Assembly (NCBI GenBank): GCA_965644295.1
Contig: CBFFRP010000312.1
Coordinates: forward strand, 1 to 64,000
DNA from: Paraphysomonas bandaiensis
Taxonomy: Eukaryota; Protista; Chrysophyceae
Reading direction: 5' to 3'
DNA: 64,000 bases
A model generated the notes under the pieces. It was given only the letters and a program-made list of their open reading frames with translations. It was not told the origin of the DNA and did not search any database. This document shows, piece by piece, positions 50,227 through 62,801 of the stretch. Numbering within the stretch: the stretch's first letter is position 1; each line of letters opens with the position of its first letter. A program made the translations under genes and the position numbers.

Positions 50227-50796
50227 GATAGAGGAGTTGTTAGTAGAGGTGAAGGGGAGGATGGAAGGAGATTGTGTGTGTTTGTTTCAGTGTCTGTGTG
50301 TGTCTGTATATGTATGTGTGTATTAGTGTCTGGAGTGTAGCATAAGTATATATAAGCGACACGAGTGAGCTAATAATGAAGATGTAACTGATAGAGGAAT
50401 GATGGGATCGACACTCTTCAACTGCTCGTACACTTTACAGAATTAATCAGTCACGAGTCACTATGCTTCAGATGTTAGGAATATATATGTATGTATGTAT
50501 GTATGTATAGACATGTACACACACAGTGAGGTCGACCTCGACAGGGCCTCTATATGTATGTTAGTTATACTGCGCTGCATGCGGGACTCTTCATACTGTT
50601 TTCTACGCATCGTATCGTCGTACGACACATCACACACACACACATACACTGCTGCTGTAGACGTGGATAGTACTGCACGAGATCACTGCACAGGTACAGA
50701 CAAAAGAAACCGGCGAGGAACAATACAGACTGTATATTCACAGTAGTTTGCAGTATTACACATATGGAGATGATGCATATCCGTTGAGCCTCATAG

Positions 50797-51971
50797 CTAC
50801 ACCATCTTGCTATAGGATCTCACAGCACCATCTTGCTATAGGATCTCACAGCACCATCTTGCTGTGGGATCTCACAGCACCATCTTGCTATAGGATCTCA
50901 CAGCACCATCTTGCTGTGGGATCTCACAGCACCATCTTGCTATGGGATCTTACAGCACCATCTTGCTATAGGATCTCACAGCACCATCTTGCTGTGGGAT
51001 CTTACAGCACCATCTTGCTGTGGGATCTCACAGCACCATCTTGCTATGGGATCTTACAGCACCATCTTGCTATGGGATCTCACAGCACCATCTTGCTATG
51101 GGATCTCACAGCACCATCTTGCTATGGGATCTCACAGCACCATCTTGCTATGGGATCTCACAGCACCATCTTGCTATGGGATCTCACAGCACCATCTTGC
51201 TGTGGGATCTCACAGCACCATCTTGCTATGGGATCTCACAGCACCATCTTGCTATGGGATCTTACAGCACCATCTTGCTATGGGATCTTACAGCACCATC
51301 TTGCTATGGGATCTCACAGCACCATCTTGCTATGGGATCTCACAGCACCATCTTGCTATGGGATCTTACAGCACCATCTTGCTATAGGATCTCACAGCAC
51401 CATCTTGCTATGGGATCTCACAGCACCATCTTGCTATGGGATCTCACAGCACCATCTTGCTATGGGATCTCACAGCACCATCTTGCTATGGGATCTCACA
51501 GCACCATCTTGCTATAGGATCTCACAGCACCATCTTGCTATGGGATCTCACAGCACCATCTTGCTATAGGATCTCACAGCACCATCTTGCTATGGGATCT
51601 TACAGCACCATCTTGCTATGGGATCTCACAGCACCATCTTGCTATGGGATCTCACAGCACCATCTTGCTATGGGATCTCACAGCACCATCTTGCTATGGG
51701 ATCTCACAGCACCATCTTGCTATGGGATCTTACAGCACCATCTTGCTATAGGATCTCACAGCACCATCTTGCTATAGGATCTCACAGCACCATCTTGCTA
51801 TGGGATCTCACAGCACCATCTTGCTATGGGATCTCACAGCACCATCTTGCTATAGGATCTCACAGCACCATCTTGCTATGGGATCTCACAGCACCATCTT
51901 GCTATGGGATCTCACAGCACCATCTTGCTATGGGATCTTACAGCACCATCTTGCTATAGGATCTTACAGCA
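50797..51971. repeat. 26-bp minisatellite (CACAGCACCATCTTGCTATGGGATCT), about 45 copies
   Basis: Directly visible; no unique spacers. Confidence 0.97.
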
Positions 51972-52369
51972 TCTATGGTGTGGAATGTACTATATGAATG
52001 CTGTTTATCTCTACCATTAACCTGGAATGGAGCCCATACTGTAACTACCACACCACTGTATAATCACTCCGCCGATAACTATATAGGGAGGGCGTCAGTC
52101 TTGATGAGAGTGTAGCAACAGTAGAGGAAATTATTTATTTTCATGATGAACTAGAGATTATGGGTCTAAGAAACGAGGAGACGTCTACACTCTATAGGAT
52201 GGCTGGAAGTCAACAGTGGTATTTAAAGTAGCTCACAATAGATGGCAAACAATATTGTGAGCTTCTTTACTGTGGGATGCAATATGCAATACTCCATGTA
52301 TAGAATATAGAATATACCTCGTTATGACAACGATTTCAACAATACAGAGGGTGATGAAGCTGATACTGG

Positions 52370-52432
52370 AGTGCGATAGTATTGTTGAGCCGATTCCAAA
52401 ACCTTCATCAATAGTATTGCTATATATTGATA
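52370..52432 (+). mobile_element. hAT subterminal fragment
   Basis: GCGATAGTATTGTTGAGCCGATTCCAAAACCTTCATCAATAGTATTG is similar to 8121-8166. Confidence 0.4.
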
Positions 52433-52804
52433 CTGTCTTGTACTGATATCACATTTAAGGGACTATATAAAGTGCAGAACATAGATGTGGACTGGAACAT
52501 AGATTTTCAATATTGTTGGCCTACAGGCTAGAAAGTCATAGCAGTCAAGGCTGCACTATGATTTCGGTCTACAGGGCGAGCTTCGATTACAATAATGTCA
52601 ATACTAAAATGTTGATATTTAACAGCCTGTTTATTTTATAGTTTACACGTCAAATAGGCATATAAGATTCTATGAGCTATGATAACATAAGCTACTTAAT
52701 ATATAATCTATCACTGTATCAAAATAAGAATCCGTCTTTTAAATAGTAAAATGCAAGGCGCTATATATATCCAACACCAGTGTGTATGAATTATCGATAC
52801 ACAG

Positions 52805-55800
52805 TTAAGAATCTCTAAACGAGGTAGGATCAGGAAAAGTCAGATCTGGATCACTTTTCATTTGATCCTTTCTCGGTGAATCAGGAACAGCTGATGCCCA
52901 GTGATCTGTTGGATGCACTCGAGATGTCCCTTTAAAAATACTTTCCCCTCCCGGTTTAAAAGAAATAGATGCATCAGGTATATCACATACAGCATCCTTA
53001 TGTTCAGTAAACTGGTGTTTCGCTCCCAGGGGTCTGTATTCACTTGCAGTTGGAGTTTTTTTCTGGGGTCTAGTGACACTTGAAATATCCTCACCGAGTG
53101 CCATTTTCCCATTTCGCCTTACCAGCGGAATACCCAATTTCGTGAAAGCGCTACGTATAGTGTCAGGATTCCCAAATACCAGTACTCGGTCATCTCCATT
53201 AACTGTGGTCTCCACTGGTGGATTAGTGAACACATACGGCAGTATTCCTTCGTTTCTCGGAAGAGGAGTTCGGTATAGCGCAAGAGGAAGCAGCTATAAA
53301 ATTAATAACATTACCACATACTACAGACGTTAGAAACTTACTCCTCGTGAGTTGAGGGCTCTGAACATATCCTTATACTTCCTGCCGAAGAATGTGCTAG
53401 GAATGGGCACATGGTAAAGCATTTGCGTATCCTGTCCGCACACTAATTTTTCACAGAGCTGTGGTGCCACAGTTCCAAAAAAACTCTGCAAACAATATTA
53501 CTTGTGCATTACCCACTACTGTTGAATTCACCTGACACAACATTGAGTCGAAAGAAGAAGGGACAACCGCTCTCCCTGCAGCGAATATTGGCAGAATATG
53601 GTGCGTGTCGTCGACTCCCCAGCAGTTTCCGGTTTGTATCTGTAACAAAATGCATTATCATGAAACTGCGTGACAGATAGATTTCCAACCTTCTGTTGTT
53701 CATTCTTCTTTGTATTAGCTTCAGACCGACTCAATGCGGTCACTGATGACATTCGCATCACTTCAGGACCCTTGCCCTGCCCTTGTCCGTGCACAGGCGA
53801 TGAAGGTGACAGGTGGATCGCAGTGCTCTGTCTGTGTCTACTAAATTTTCCGCTTGTTAGCTGCACAGTACCTTTGTACTTTTCAAAAGCAACTTCGGTC
53901 TTCATTTGACCCAAAAGAACATCTATATTAATGCTATTGCGGAATTTGTAGCTTCCTTTCAAACAGGACGCCAATCCAGTTCCTGCGTCACCCCATAATG
54001 GCCCCTGACTGTTAATGTCACGCTCAATTTTACTCCTTCTCACAATTGCAGAGTTTAACACACCCATATTATTGGGACAAGAGAGCTCAACAGTAAAAAA
54101 AACATCGCGGGGAACAAACCTTTCCATCTTGAGATACATAAATATGGCGTCTGCATCAACATTAAAGGTTTCATCCACATTTATACGCTCTCTGGAGGCA
54201 AGAAGAACAAGGGCATAAGCAGCTCGCACATTCATCAGTGTCAGCTCTTGATTTGATGAAACATTGCTATCCAAGAAAAAGACATCGTCGTATCGACTCT
54301 GAATCTGGCGCCACTTCCTTGGTTCTCCCGGGTTAACGATTAAGATTTGGTGATATGCATCATCAACAACTAACTCCTTTCTTAACTCACTCACAAAAAG
54401 TAAAATATGATCCATACAGCCGAATACAATTACATGCCCGCTGAGATCAGCAGCGTCATCTATTTCTTCAGATGGAACTCCAAATCTCTGTGACGCATTA
54501 ATTTCAGCTGAACCGTCAGCTTCCAAGCTCGGAAACGCAGTATTCAACGACCCTCTACGGCGTCGATTAACCGCAGGCGGTGATCGCATCACCGAAGCGA
54601 CTCGGCGCGCGACGCCCGAACCAACTGGCGCAGATTGTGCATTCGAACTCTGTATGATTTCCCCGGCACCCGACTCACTCCTTCCAAGTGCACTCCTACT
54701 AGGCGATTTCTTCATGGCTTCTGCTGACGCATCATCCTCATGAACGCTGCTTACGCGAGTCGATAAAACTCTTCGTAACTTTCTCTTTTCTTCATTCTCC
54801 GCCTGAAACTTTGATACCAGCGCTGCTATACTCTGAGATTGTTCTATCTGGTCATCAAGTGGAAGTTTCTTGTTTTTACTCTCAAGAGGAGATGAACCCT
54901 TTGGTGGACTTTGACTACTAGTGGGACCATTCATCACTGCCGCCATCCTGGCCATAGACGCAACGTCTTTCATGGATTTTCTTCCTTTCCGTTTGGTCAC
55001 TGAGTTCAATCTTGTTTGTTGTAACGCTGTCATAATACTTGCAGGTTTCGTTGCTGCCGGTATGGACATCGTATCATCTTCACCTGACATCTGTTGAAGA
55101 GCCGCCCTTCGAGCGATAGACGCAAACTTTCCTTTAGCTCCATTTCCTACACTTTCATGCTTCTGAGATTTTACTGCACGAACCAGTGACGCAGCATGCT
55201 TGAGTGACTTAAGTTTGTTCTTTTTAACAATCATATTCTTCATGCTATTCATATTGGTCACCTTTCCTGCCGAAGCTTTCATTTGAAGAACTGCCTTTTT
55301 TGATACTAGCGATAGATCCCTCATATCCCGCATTTGTGGAGTGTCATCATCGTCCAAAAGTTCAAGGATTTCGGAAGTTTCGTTTGGAAGACTCTTGAAA
55401 GAATTATTCCGACTCAATGTTTGATCGGGTGAGAAGCTGTTAAGTTCCCGCGATGAGGTTGGTGTCCTAAAGAGACTTCTATGTGAAGTGGAGCGCGAGC
55501 TTTCTGCGACACTTTGTAGTGAAAACTTCCGTAGCATTTCAGTATCTCTTGAATCTTCAGTACTGGTGGAGTGTGTAGCTACGGCGGCTCCTAACCTAGG
55601 TTGAGGCATAGTCTTTTGGTTCGCAGGATTATCCACATATCCCAAAAAATTCTCATCGTTTTCTTCTGACGAGTCAGTATCAAATCCAGAAATTGTGTCG
55701 TCCCCGCCCCTACTCAGCACGGTATCTCGCTTGCGAGCAGTCGCAAAATCATTTTCTATCCGTCCCTGTGCCTGTCCCATCTGCAAAATGGCTTTCAGGT

Positions 55801-57865
55801 GGTGGGAAAATGAAGACGTCATGCTACTACTCGACACTATGCGGACGAGTTCTGTGGTGGGTTCTGTGTTCACATCTTTATGTTTACGTACAGCAAACTG
55901 GCCCTCTGCCACTACCATATTAGTTAGCATGCGATCCATGAGCACAGTGTCTGTCATTGCGTATCCGATGGCACTCGCAACAGCGTTATTTGGGGCCAGC
56001 AGCACCCCAACATTGAACTTCTTGAAAAAAGCTGGGGCCGAGCTGAATTTCTTTCTTTCATATTGTTTGGGGTTGTAACAAACGCTCTGATCTTCTTCAC
56101 AATATACCCCCACAAGTGTGCATTCAAATTCAAGAAATATAGCCTCCACTAATAAGGGCCAAGAAAATCCTAGCATAGAAAAGAAACTGTGATCGATGGG
56201 AACATAGTATAGCTCCATTCCAACCCCATAGGTGTACTCAGAGAGCCAGTTATCACCAATTTTGTGGGCAGAATATTTCCCGCAAGTAGAAGAGAAGCTG
56301 TGAAAGAGATTTTCCACCAGAGTTGCCAGACCAGGGCAAATAGCATTTCTACACTGTAATGTGGTTTTATATTCGTCCAGACAAAGAACAAAGTCTGCAT
56401 CACTATCCTTGAGTAGGTCACGATCTTGAGACCGTAATACTTGGACAAGACAATCCAGTCTGGTGGTAAAGTTGTTGACAGAAAGGGTCCTTAGGACAGT
56501 GGCTGCATCATCCAACACAGCATCCTCCTCGTCCACCTCCACATTGCTCAGGAAGAACATACCCGAGGCAACATCTGCACGAACTTTCTGTAGGTCTTCC
56601 ATATTTAGTGCAGACCCGATGACATATGAGACCCGACTGTCAAATAGAGGAGAGAAGATCAAGTCCTTCACATCTTCGGTTGGCTCAGTAGGGCAGAGAA
56701 TCACCAGATGTAACTCAGGGGTGTTGGCAGCATACCGGTCAGGGTGGAAAAATTCCCGAAATATGCGTGAGAGCCTCCATTTGTCGTTGACATGTCCACA
56801 GATAATGATATGGCTTTCGTGAGGACGGGCATTATAAGTGGTTCTAAATGGTGAGTTCATGGCGAGAAGGGTCTGAAGCTTGTTTATTTGCATCGGGATT
56901 ACAATTAAGGCGGTTACAATTAGCATTAAAGTTGCTACTCTTGACGCATCATTGGTTGGCATGAAGTCACCGTAACCCACAACTGATATCGTCACAACTA
57001 CAAAGTAGAGACCTTCGAAGAAACCCAAAGACCGACAACGAATCTTGGATGGCTCGTGCTGCCTGTCGTGAATATCATGCAGTGCGTAGCAGTTTTTTTC
57101 CTTGCAATCACACGTTGGGTCATTATAAGAAGAGAAGTCAGCATCACACGATGGTTCATAGTTTGTCTTCTTGCTGATGTATTGGCAGTCATAATGTAGT
57201 TCATTTACGTCATTTTCGGTGAGGTTGATTATTCCAGCAGCAACAAATGTTAGACTTACTAGAGCCAACATGAGGGTAACAAGCTGTCTCTTCACGCCAC
57301 TGAAACCACCTAACAGCCGAAATATTCGCAATATTCTAATCAATCGAAGTATTGTTACAAATCTAAGCCAAGATACATTTGGAACATGCGGAATGTACAT
57401 CAAATATGTCGGTAAAATTGTAACTATATCAATCCATGCGATTGCTGATTTAAAAAATGTGACAGTACTGCTTGAAATGAACCAATTCAAAAGAAAGTCG
57501 ACCAGAAAAAACTGCGTTATGACATCTTCAATAATGACATAAACCTGAATCGAATAATACGAATCTTGGTATCTCTCAGCCACATATATCGCACAGGCAA
57601 GCAGCGATAAAGCCACTTGCAATAAATCCCAAAACTTTCCGATCGGTGAGTTATATTTTACAGATAAGAGGTATTTTCTGATCAACGATAAATCTAAGCA
57701 TCCGCCATCATCAGTGAGTGCAGGCCACCACCCACTGCACCTCTCCTTCTCGACCTCATCAGGTCCACGCATTGACTGCGATCTTATTGAGAAGTTTGTT
57801 TGTGATTTCCCCACCACTCCCAGTTGATATGAATTCATGTTCGCGGCTTTACGTTTTGTTGACAT
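52805..57865 (-). CDS. Slo/BK-like (Ca2+-activated) potassium channel with two RCK domains; 4 exons
   Basis: S1-S6 with S4 LRFVTILRLIRILRIFR, pore TISVVGYGD, RCK1 HIIICGH...GSALNMEDLQKV, CPGLATLVENL, RCK2 GHVIVFG and PIFAAG. Confidence 0.93.
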
Positions 57866-58621
57866 GGATGTTGTGCTTAGTTCAGCACATGGCTATATAT
57901 ACAGACATCTATATGGAGTACATGCTTATATCTGCGATGTGTACTGTACACTCCGCGTTACGTTATCAACTATTCCCAGTACGTTGATTATCAAGCCGAC
58001 AGAGTAGCTGATAGCCAGCCCACCTTCCCCCACTAACAGTTGTCTTGATGGTCGATATATGTGTATGTGTATGTGTATGTGTGTGTAGAGTCTCTTAGTC
58101 CACTGGCACCAAATATTGGCAGCCCTGTCAACCATCTTCAAAGCACGGAAAGCACCCTTTTTACGGTCCTAAATGGTCAAAAAAGCTTCAAAACATGTGT
58201 TTTATAGAAATTCCAATATTTTCAGGAGTTTTAAGTGGTAAGGAGGACATTGTTGGGGTTTTGTCCTACTCAAGAATACAGTCCATAGAATACAGAGTAA
58301 TACGTAGAAAATGCTGAGAAATATATCGCCAAATGGCCGTTTCTTTTAATTGAGTGTATACTGTATGAGTATGTATAAGGTATGTACAGAGCAGTGTGGA
58401 CTGCTGTATATAGGACTGTATATGTGTGTATGTGTGTATGTATGTATCCTCAGCTGTTGTATTGTACACAGAGACTGCTAGACGCATATATAAACAAGAG
58501 GAGCCCTCAGCTCAGCTCAGCTCAGAAACAACACACACGAAGAGATAACCCTGAGAGCACTTCATAACCATCACTAACAAACATAAAGATACAATAATCG
58601 TCATAACCCGCTCACTATCAT

Positions 58622-60941
58622 ATGAAAATACTTTTAGTGGACGCCTTCAGCGACAACAAACAGGGAAAAGATGACTTCCATGAATTTTACGGGTTATTTA
58701 CTAACATAATACACTCCTGTGGTGATATAGTTGATAATGGGAGCAGAGATATTATGTGTAGACGTCTAGATAATTTAGGAGATATCGTTCTCGACTGGGA
58801 GCACTCGGTTCTATCTCCAGATGCTCAGGCGATAAGTATCGCATACGATAAAATTGATGTCATATGTGTGTGCGGAGATATGAAAATATTACCATGGGAT
58901 CCTCAATGTTTCCAATTGATTACGCTTATTCATATGTCTCATCTCCTCGGAACACCAGTGCTGACTTGTGGCTCTGGAGCGTATGCGGCGGTTTATACTG
59001 TTGCTACTCAAGGGGCGAGATTTCAGGTACTGAATCATCCAACAGGAGATTCCCTGGAGAATCTGAAAAAGTTTCCACGATATTTTAAAGGAACAAGTGC
59101 TTATCCATGCGGCTGGCTTGATAATGAAACTGGAGATATGTACTCCTATGATCCTTCCTCTCGACATTGGAAAGCAGTGTGCAATATCGGCATTTACAGG
59201 TGTGATATCTGGAAAATAGTAGCGGTTGAATGCACTTATTGTTGTAATAGGTTGGCTTCTAATGGGGAGCCTACTCCTGCCAGATTTCGACCGGTAGCAA
59301 AGAAACGAGGGGTGTAAGTTTGAGGCCATTATATACTCCACTAGTTAATTTTTATTCAGGGAGCACCGACTACACCAATTTCAGAAGCCAGAAACCCCTG
59401 GTGATAGAGACTGTCTATTGGTTATTCGCAACAAATTCTTTCATCACTTCGCGTTAAAGAATTGTAAAGCACCAGCCATTGTTGCAGTTATGATGGATGG
59501 GTGGCATTTCAATGTGGATGGTGGACTGCCCCTTAAATGTGGAATGGAGGTCTTAGGGGATGGTCCTCATGGACCAATGATGTTCCAGCTCGGTAATAGT
59601 TTGCACTTAGCTTTTGCTGTTGACAACAGTTTTTCCTGTGAGCCAGCAAGAAATATTATCAGGGAATACCTTACGTATACGTTCTCCCGGATCTCCGAGC
59701 AAGGTCGTCTCTCTATTGGACTCCACGATTATATATTTGTACGAAATGGAGGCGGTATCACGGACTCGGCGAAGTTGTCCCAGCCAATGGCGCGACCACT
59801 AAATAATCTCCCAGTGAGATCCAGAGTCAGTGGCGGGCCGACACGTGTGGATCCTCCAGTTATAAAAATGGCCGTCACTCCCAATCCTGTAGTACCGATT
59901 CCCGGATCTCCGAGGAAAGGCGCAAATCCCGTTCCACAGCTGAAGTACGTGCGCAAGCCCAAACATAGCAGACACATTCGATTGCATCAGGTCATCAGTC
60001 AATGTTACGGGGAAGTACAGACGAATCGCCTTGAGTCTATTGCTGCAAAGACTACCCTTGATCAACGATCGGTCTCGCCCACTGTGAGTCTGTTCGACAA
60101 CCAAAGTACTGATATTTATTCTCACAAAGCCACTCGAAAGAGTACAAGCGCAAGAAACCATTCCCCACGCAGGGCTCGCTCGCCTAGTGTGGACGCAGAG
60201 AATATGCAATGTATGTCGGCCCGAGTTCCCGCCTACAATAGAACAGTCATTGGTGTCTCTCGAATCCAGCGACCGTCGAGTTGTACGGGAGTGCGTAGGG
60301 AAAACAATAATCGAATCAACTGGTGCAACAAGTGGGAAGACGTCCGAGCTGTCGATGGTACTATGCAAAAACCACAGGTTTTGGACGAAGCTGGAAATAA
60401 GAAAGTGCAACCCGTTATATCTCTTGCCGATGAGGTTCAAATGAGCTATCTGCCTGTACAACACCCCAAAGGATCTCTGGAGAGTAGCGACAGCCAGGAA
60501 CCAGTGCGCACGGTGCGCGTGAGACCCTCAAGTTCTAAACCTTATTCAACAGCTAAAGCATTCGAACGTCTCGTTGAAGAAGAAAATATGCAGAAAGAAT
60601 ATGTTGGTACATTTAGAGGTGGTTACCTGACACCCTACGAACGGGACCGCAAAGAGTACATAAACAGCAAGAAGAATTTTGTCGGAGGTACTTTTAAGTC
60701 ATACTTTGGAAAGGCTTCAGAGATACCTCTTCGGCAAGAGGGTGCCATCAGACCAAATGGGCCTTTTCCTCCTCCAATAGATTACCACAAAGATAAAACC
60801 TACACTCTTCACGGTTCCTGGAATCCAACCGTAAACGTGTTTTCTCACGAAAAGGAAGGATTAGAAACCAGAAGTAGTAAACCTGGATTTCGGCGTTCGT
60901 ATTCCAATATATCGAGGAAGCTCTCTGGTCCTATAGTTTAG
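58622..60941 (+). CDS. Protein with N-terminal class I glutamine-amidotransferase-like fold (probably inactive) and basic low-complexity tail; 3 exons
   Basis: MKILLVDAFS...DVICVCGD...PVLTCGSG. Exons ~58622-59199, 59251-59313, 59361-60941. Confidence 0.6.
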
Positions 60942-61769
60942 AACCTGTTAGTGATTGCCATATTGTATATTTCTTTCATAGATTCGTGGTGCTGGGATAG
61001 TAATAGCTATAGGATGTCTTAGAGATGGTATATTTGTTTTTATCCGAAACTGATATTTGAATGGCATAAATTGAACAATTGAACCCTAAACTTATTCTAT
61101 AACCCTAATGTCATTGTGATCAACACCTCTTGTCATTTACTATTTTTATATTATCGCTAATATCAATCACTATTATCATAGTATTATTATCATATATAGT
61201 CGCAATTTTATTCAGTCAATTTATTTCAGATTAACTGTAACATAATCCATATCATGCATTGAATTCATATAACATAAGTTTTCAACTTTCAACAACTGTA
61301 TTTTTTTAACTAGTGGTCATAATTCATAATTACAGCGTTTAATTTAAATAGGTAAACCTCAACAGAGGGGTTGAATATCAAGTCTAGTGGTAGTTCATGC
61401 AATACTGTTTTCAACTACCGTATTCTACAAGTAACAGTCATAATTTGACTTTCAAAGACCTTAAGCTACGAGGGTTGCGAAATAATGAATTGTTAGTTAA
61501 TTGGCGCAGGTTGTAGTCAATTATAATGGCAAGTTTTGCTTGCTGTCTCAATTAATTTCACTGCAATTGATTGATGCTTAACTACTTACGTCTATAGCTA
61601 TACATTAAATAAGCATTATGAAAACGTGGGAATTTAGAGATATCTTGGGAAAAACTAGAAGTATTTACAATATTTAAGTAGAAATATTTAAAAGCTATTC
61701 TGCTTGTAGTAAAAAGCAAAAGACAACGAAAAATAGTAACTACCACATAGCATTCCCAACTGTCATTTC

Positions 61770-62500
61770 ATTATTCCAGAGTCGACGGTGCATACGTTAA
61801 AACATAAGTAGCTCTAAATGCGGAGAAGTCATACTCTTGCGTAAAGCAACTATAACAATCTTAGTTCCACTGAATAATATTTCAACCGTATTGGTTGTGG
61901 CATGCAAGTTACATGCTGCGATATCGGGCTTTCTAGTTAGGGCGTGTTCGCTTCCTCTGCCTGTTACCATCAATCTAACGCTGCGCTGTGTTGACATTTT
62001 GATTAGTCACTCAGATTTATCATACTCCTCCTCATTGAGCAATTTCTGCCAGGCAAGTGGGGATTCGTTACCAAATTGCATCATCTTCACCTTTGCAACG
62101 TTTTCTAAATCCTGTTTACGAACTCTATAAGGCTTTCATATAATATTTTATTAGCTTTGATCTGAAAATAGTACTCAACCTGGTGTTCGTGTCAATACAT
62201 CTTTTAATTGCTTAGAAGTAAGCAAAAAACTCAACAGACGGATTCAACATCACATCTAGTATTAGTTCGCTTAAAGCTATGTGTCCACGGTGTCCACAAC
62301 TGCATTCTTAATTTAAGTGCCTCAAAATACAGTATTTAATAGCTTACAAATAAGCAGAACTCCAACAGTTACATATATAATATTGATAGTGGAGTGCTCT
62401 TCACACAATACTTTGGCAGGCATCTCTAACGATCAGCGCATATATTACACTAGCAACATACTGTGACGATAAGAATCTGCTTGTCGACAATTATGTTTAA
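61770..62500 (-). mobile_element. Degenerate hAT transposase remnant
   Basis: TTNTVEILFSGTKIVIVALRKSMTSPHLELLMF (61797-61900) is homologous to the other hAT dimerisation remnants. An IDTNTRLST (DxxTRW-like) segment lies upstream; many stops. Confidence 0.6.
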
Positions 62501-62801
62501 TTCTTGTTAGCAATATTCAAACTTCCATAATCCAAGCCAATACCCGTAAAAGGTAATAGAAAAAGCTGAGTAAGTAAAAATAATACCCCAATTCAGTACT
62601 TCCAATATGATCAAAAAATTTCAGAAATACATGGAAACAGCGCCTTTCAAAAAGGGCATCAATAGATAAGTACTGTGTCATTATCGACAGGTTTTACTTT
62701 AGGCTCCGATGACATAGCCAATTAGTAATACATTTTCAATATTGTGCGTTTCTGTTATGTAGTAGCCACAATATCGACATTGAACTGGAAATATCTAACC
62801 A

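Noticed and set aside
50748-51997. CRISPR-like array or repetitive ORFs
   Set aside because: Head-to-tail 26-bp units with no unique spacers and no cas genes. The ORFs are repeat translations.
61080-61110. Telomere-like AACCCTAAA / AACCCTAA
   Set aside because: Only two non-tandem degenerate units.
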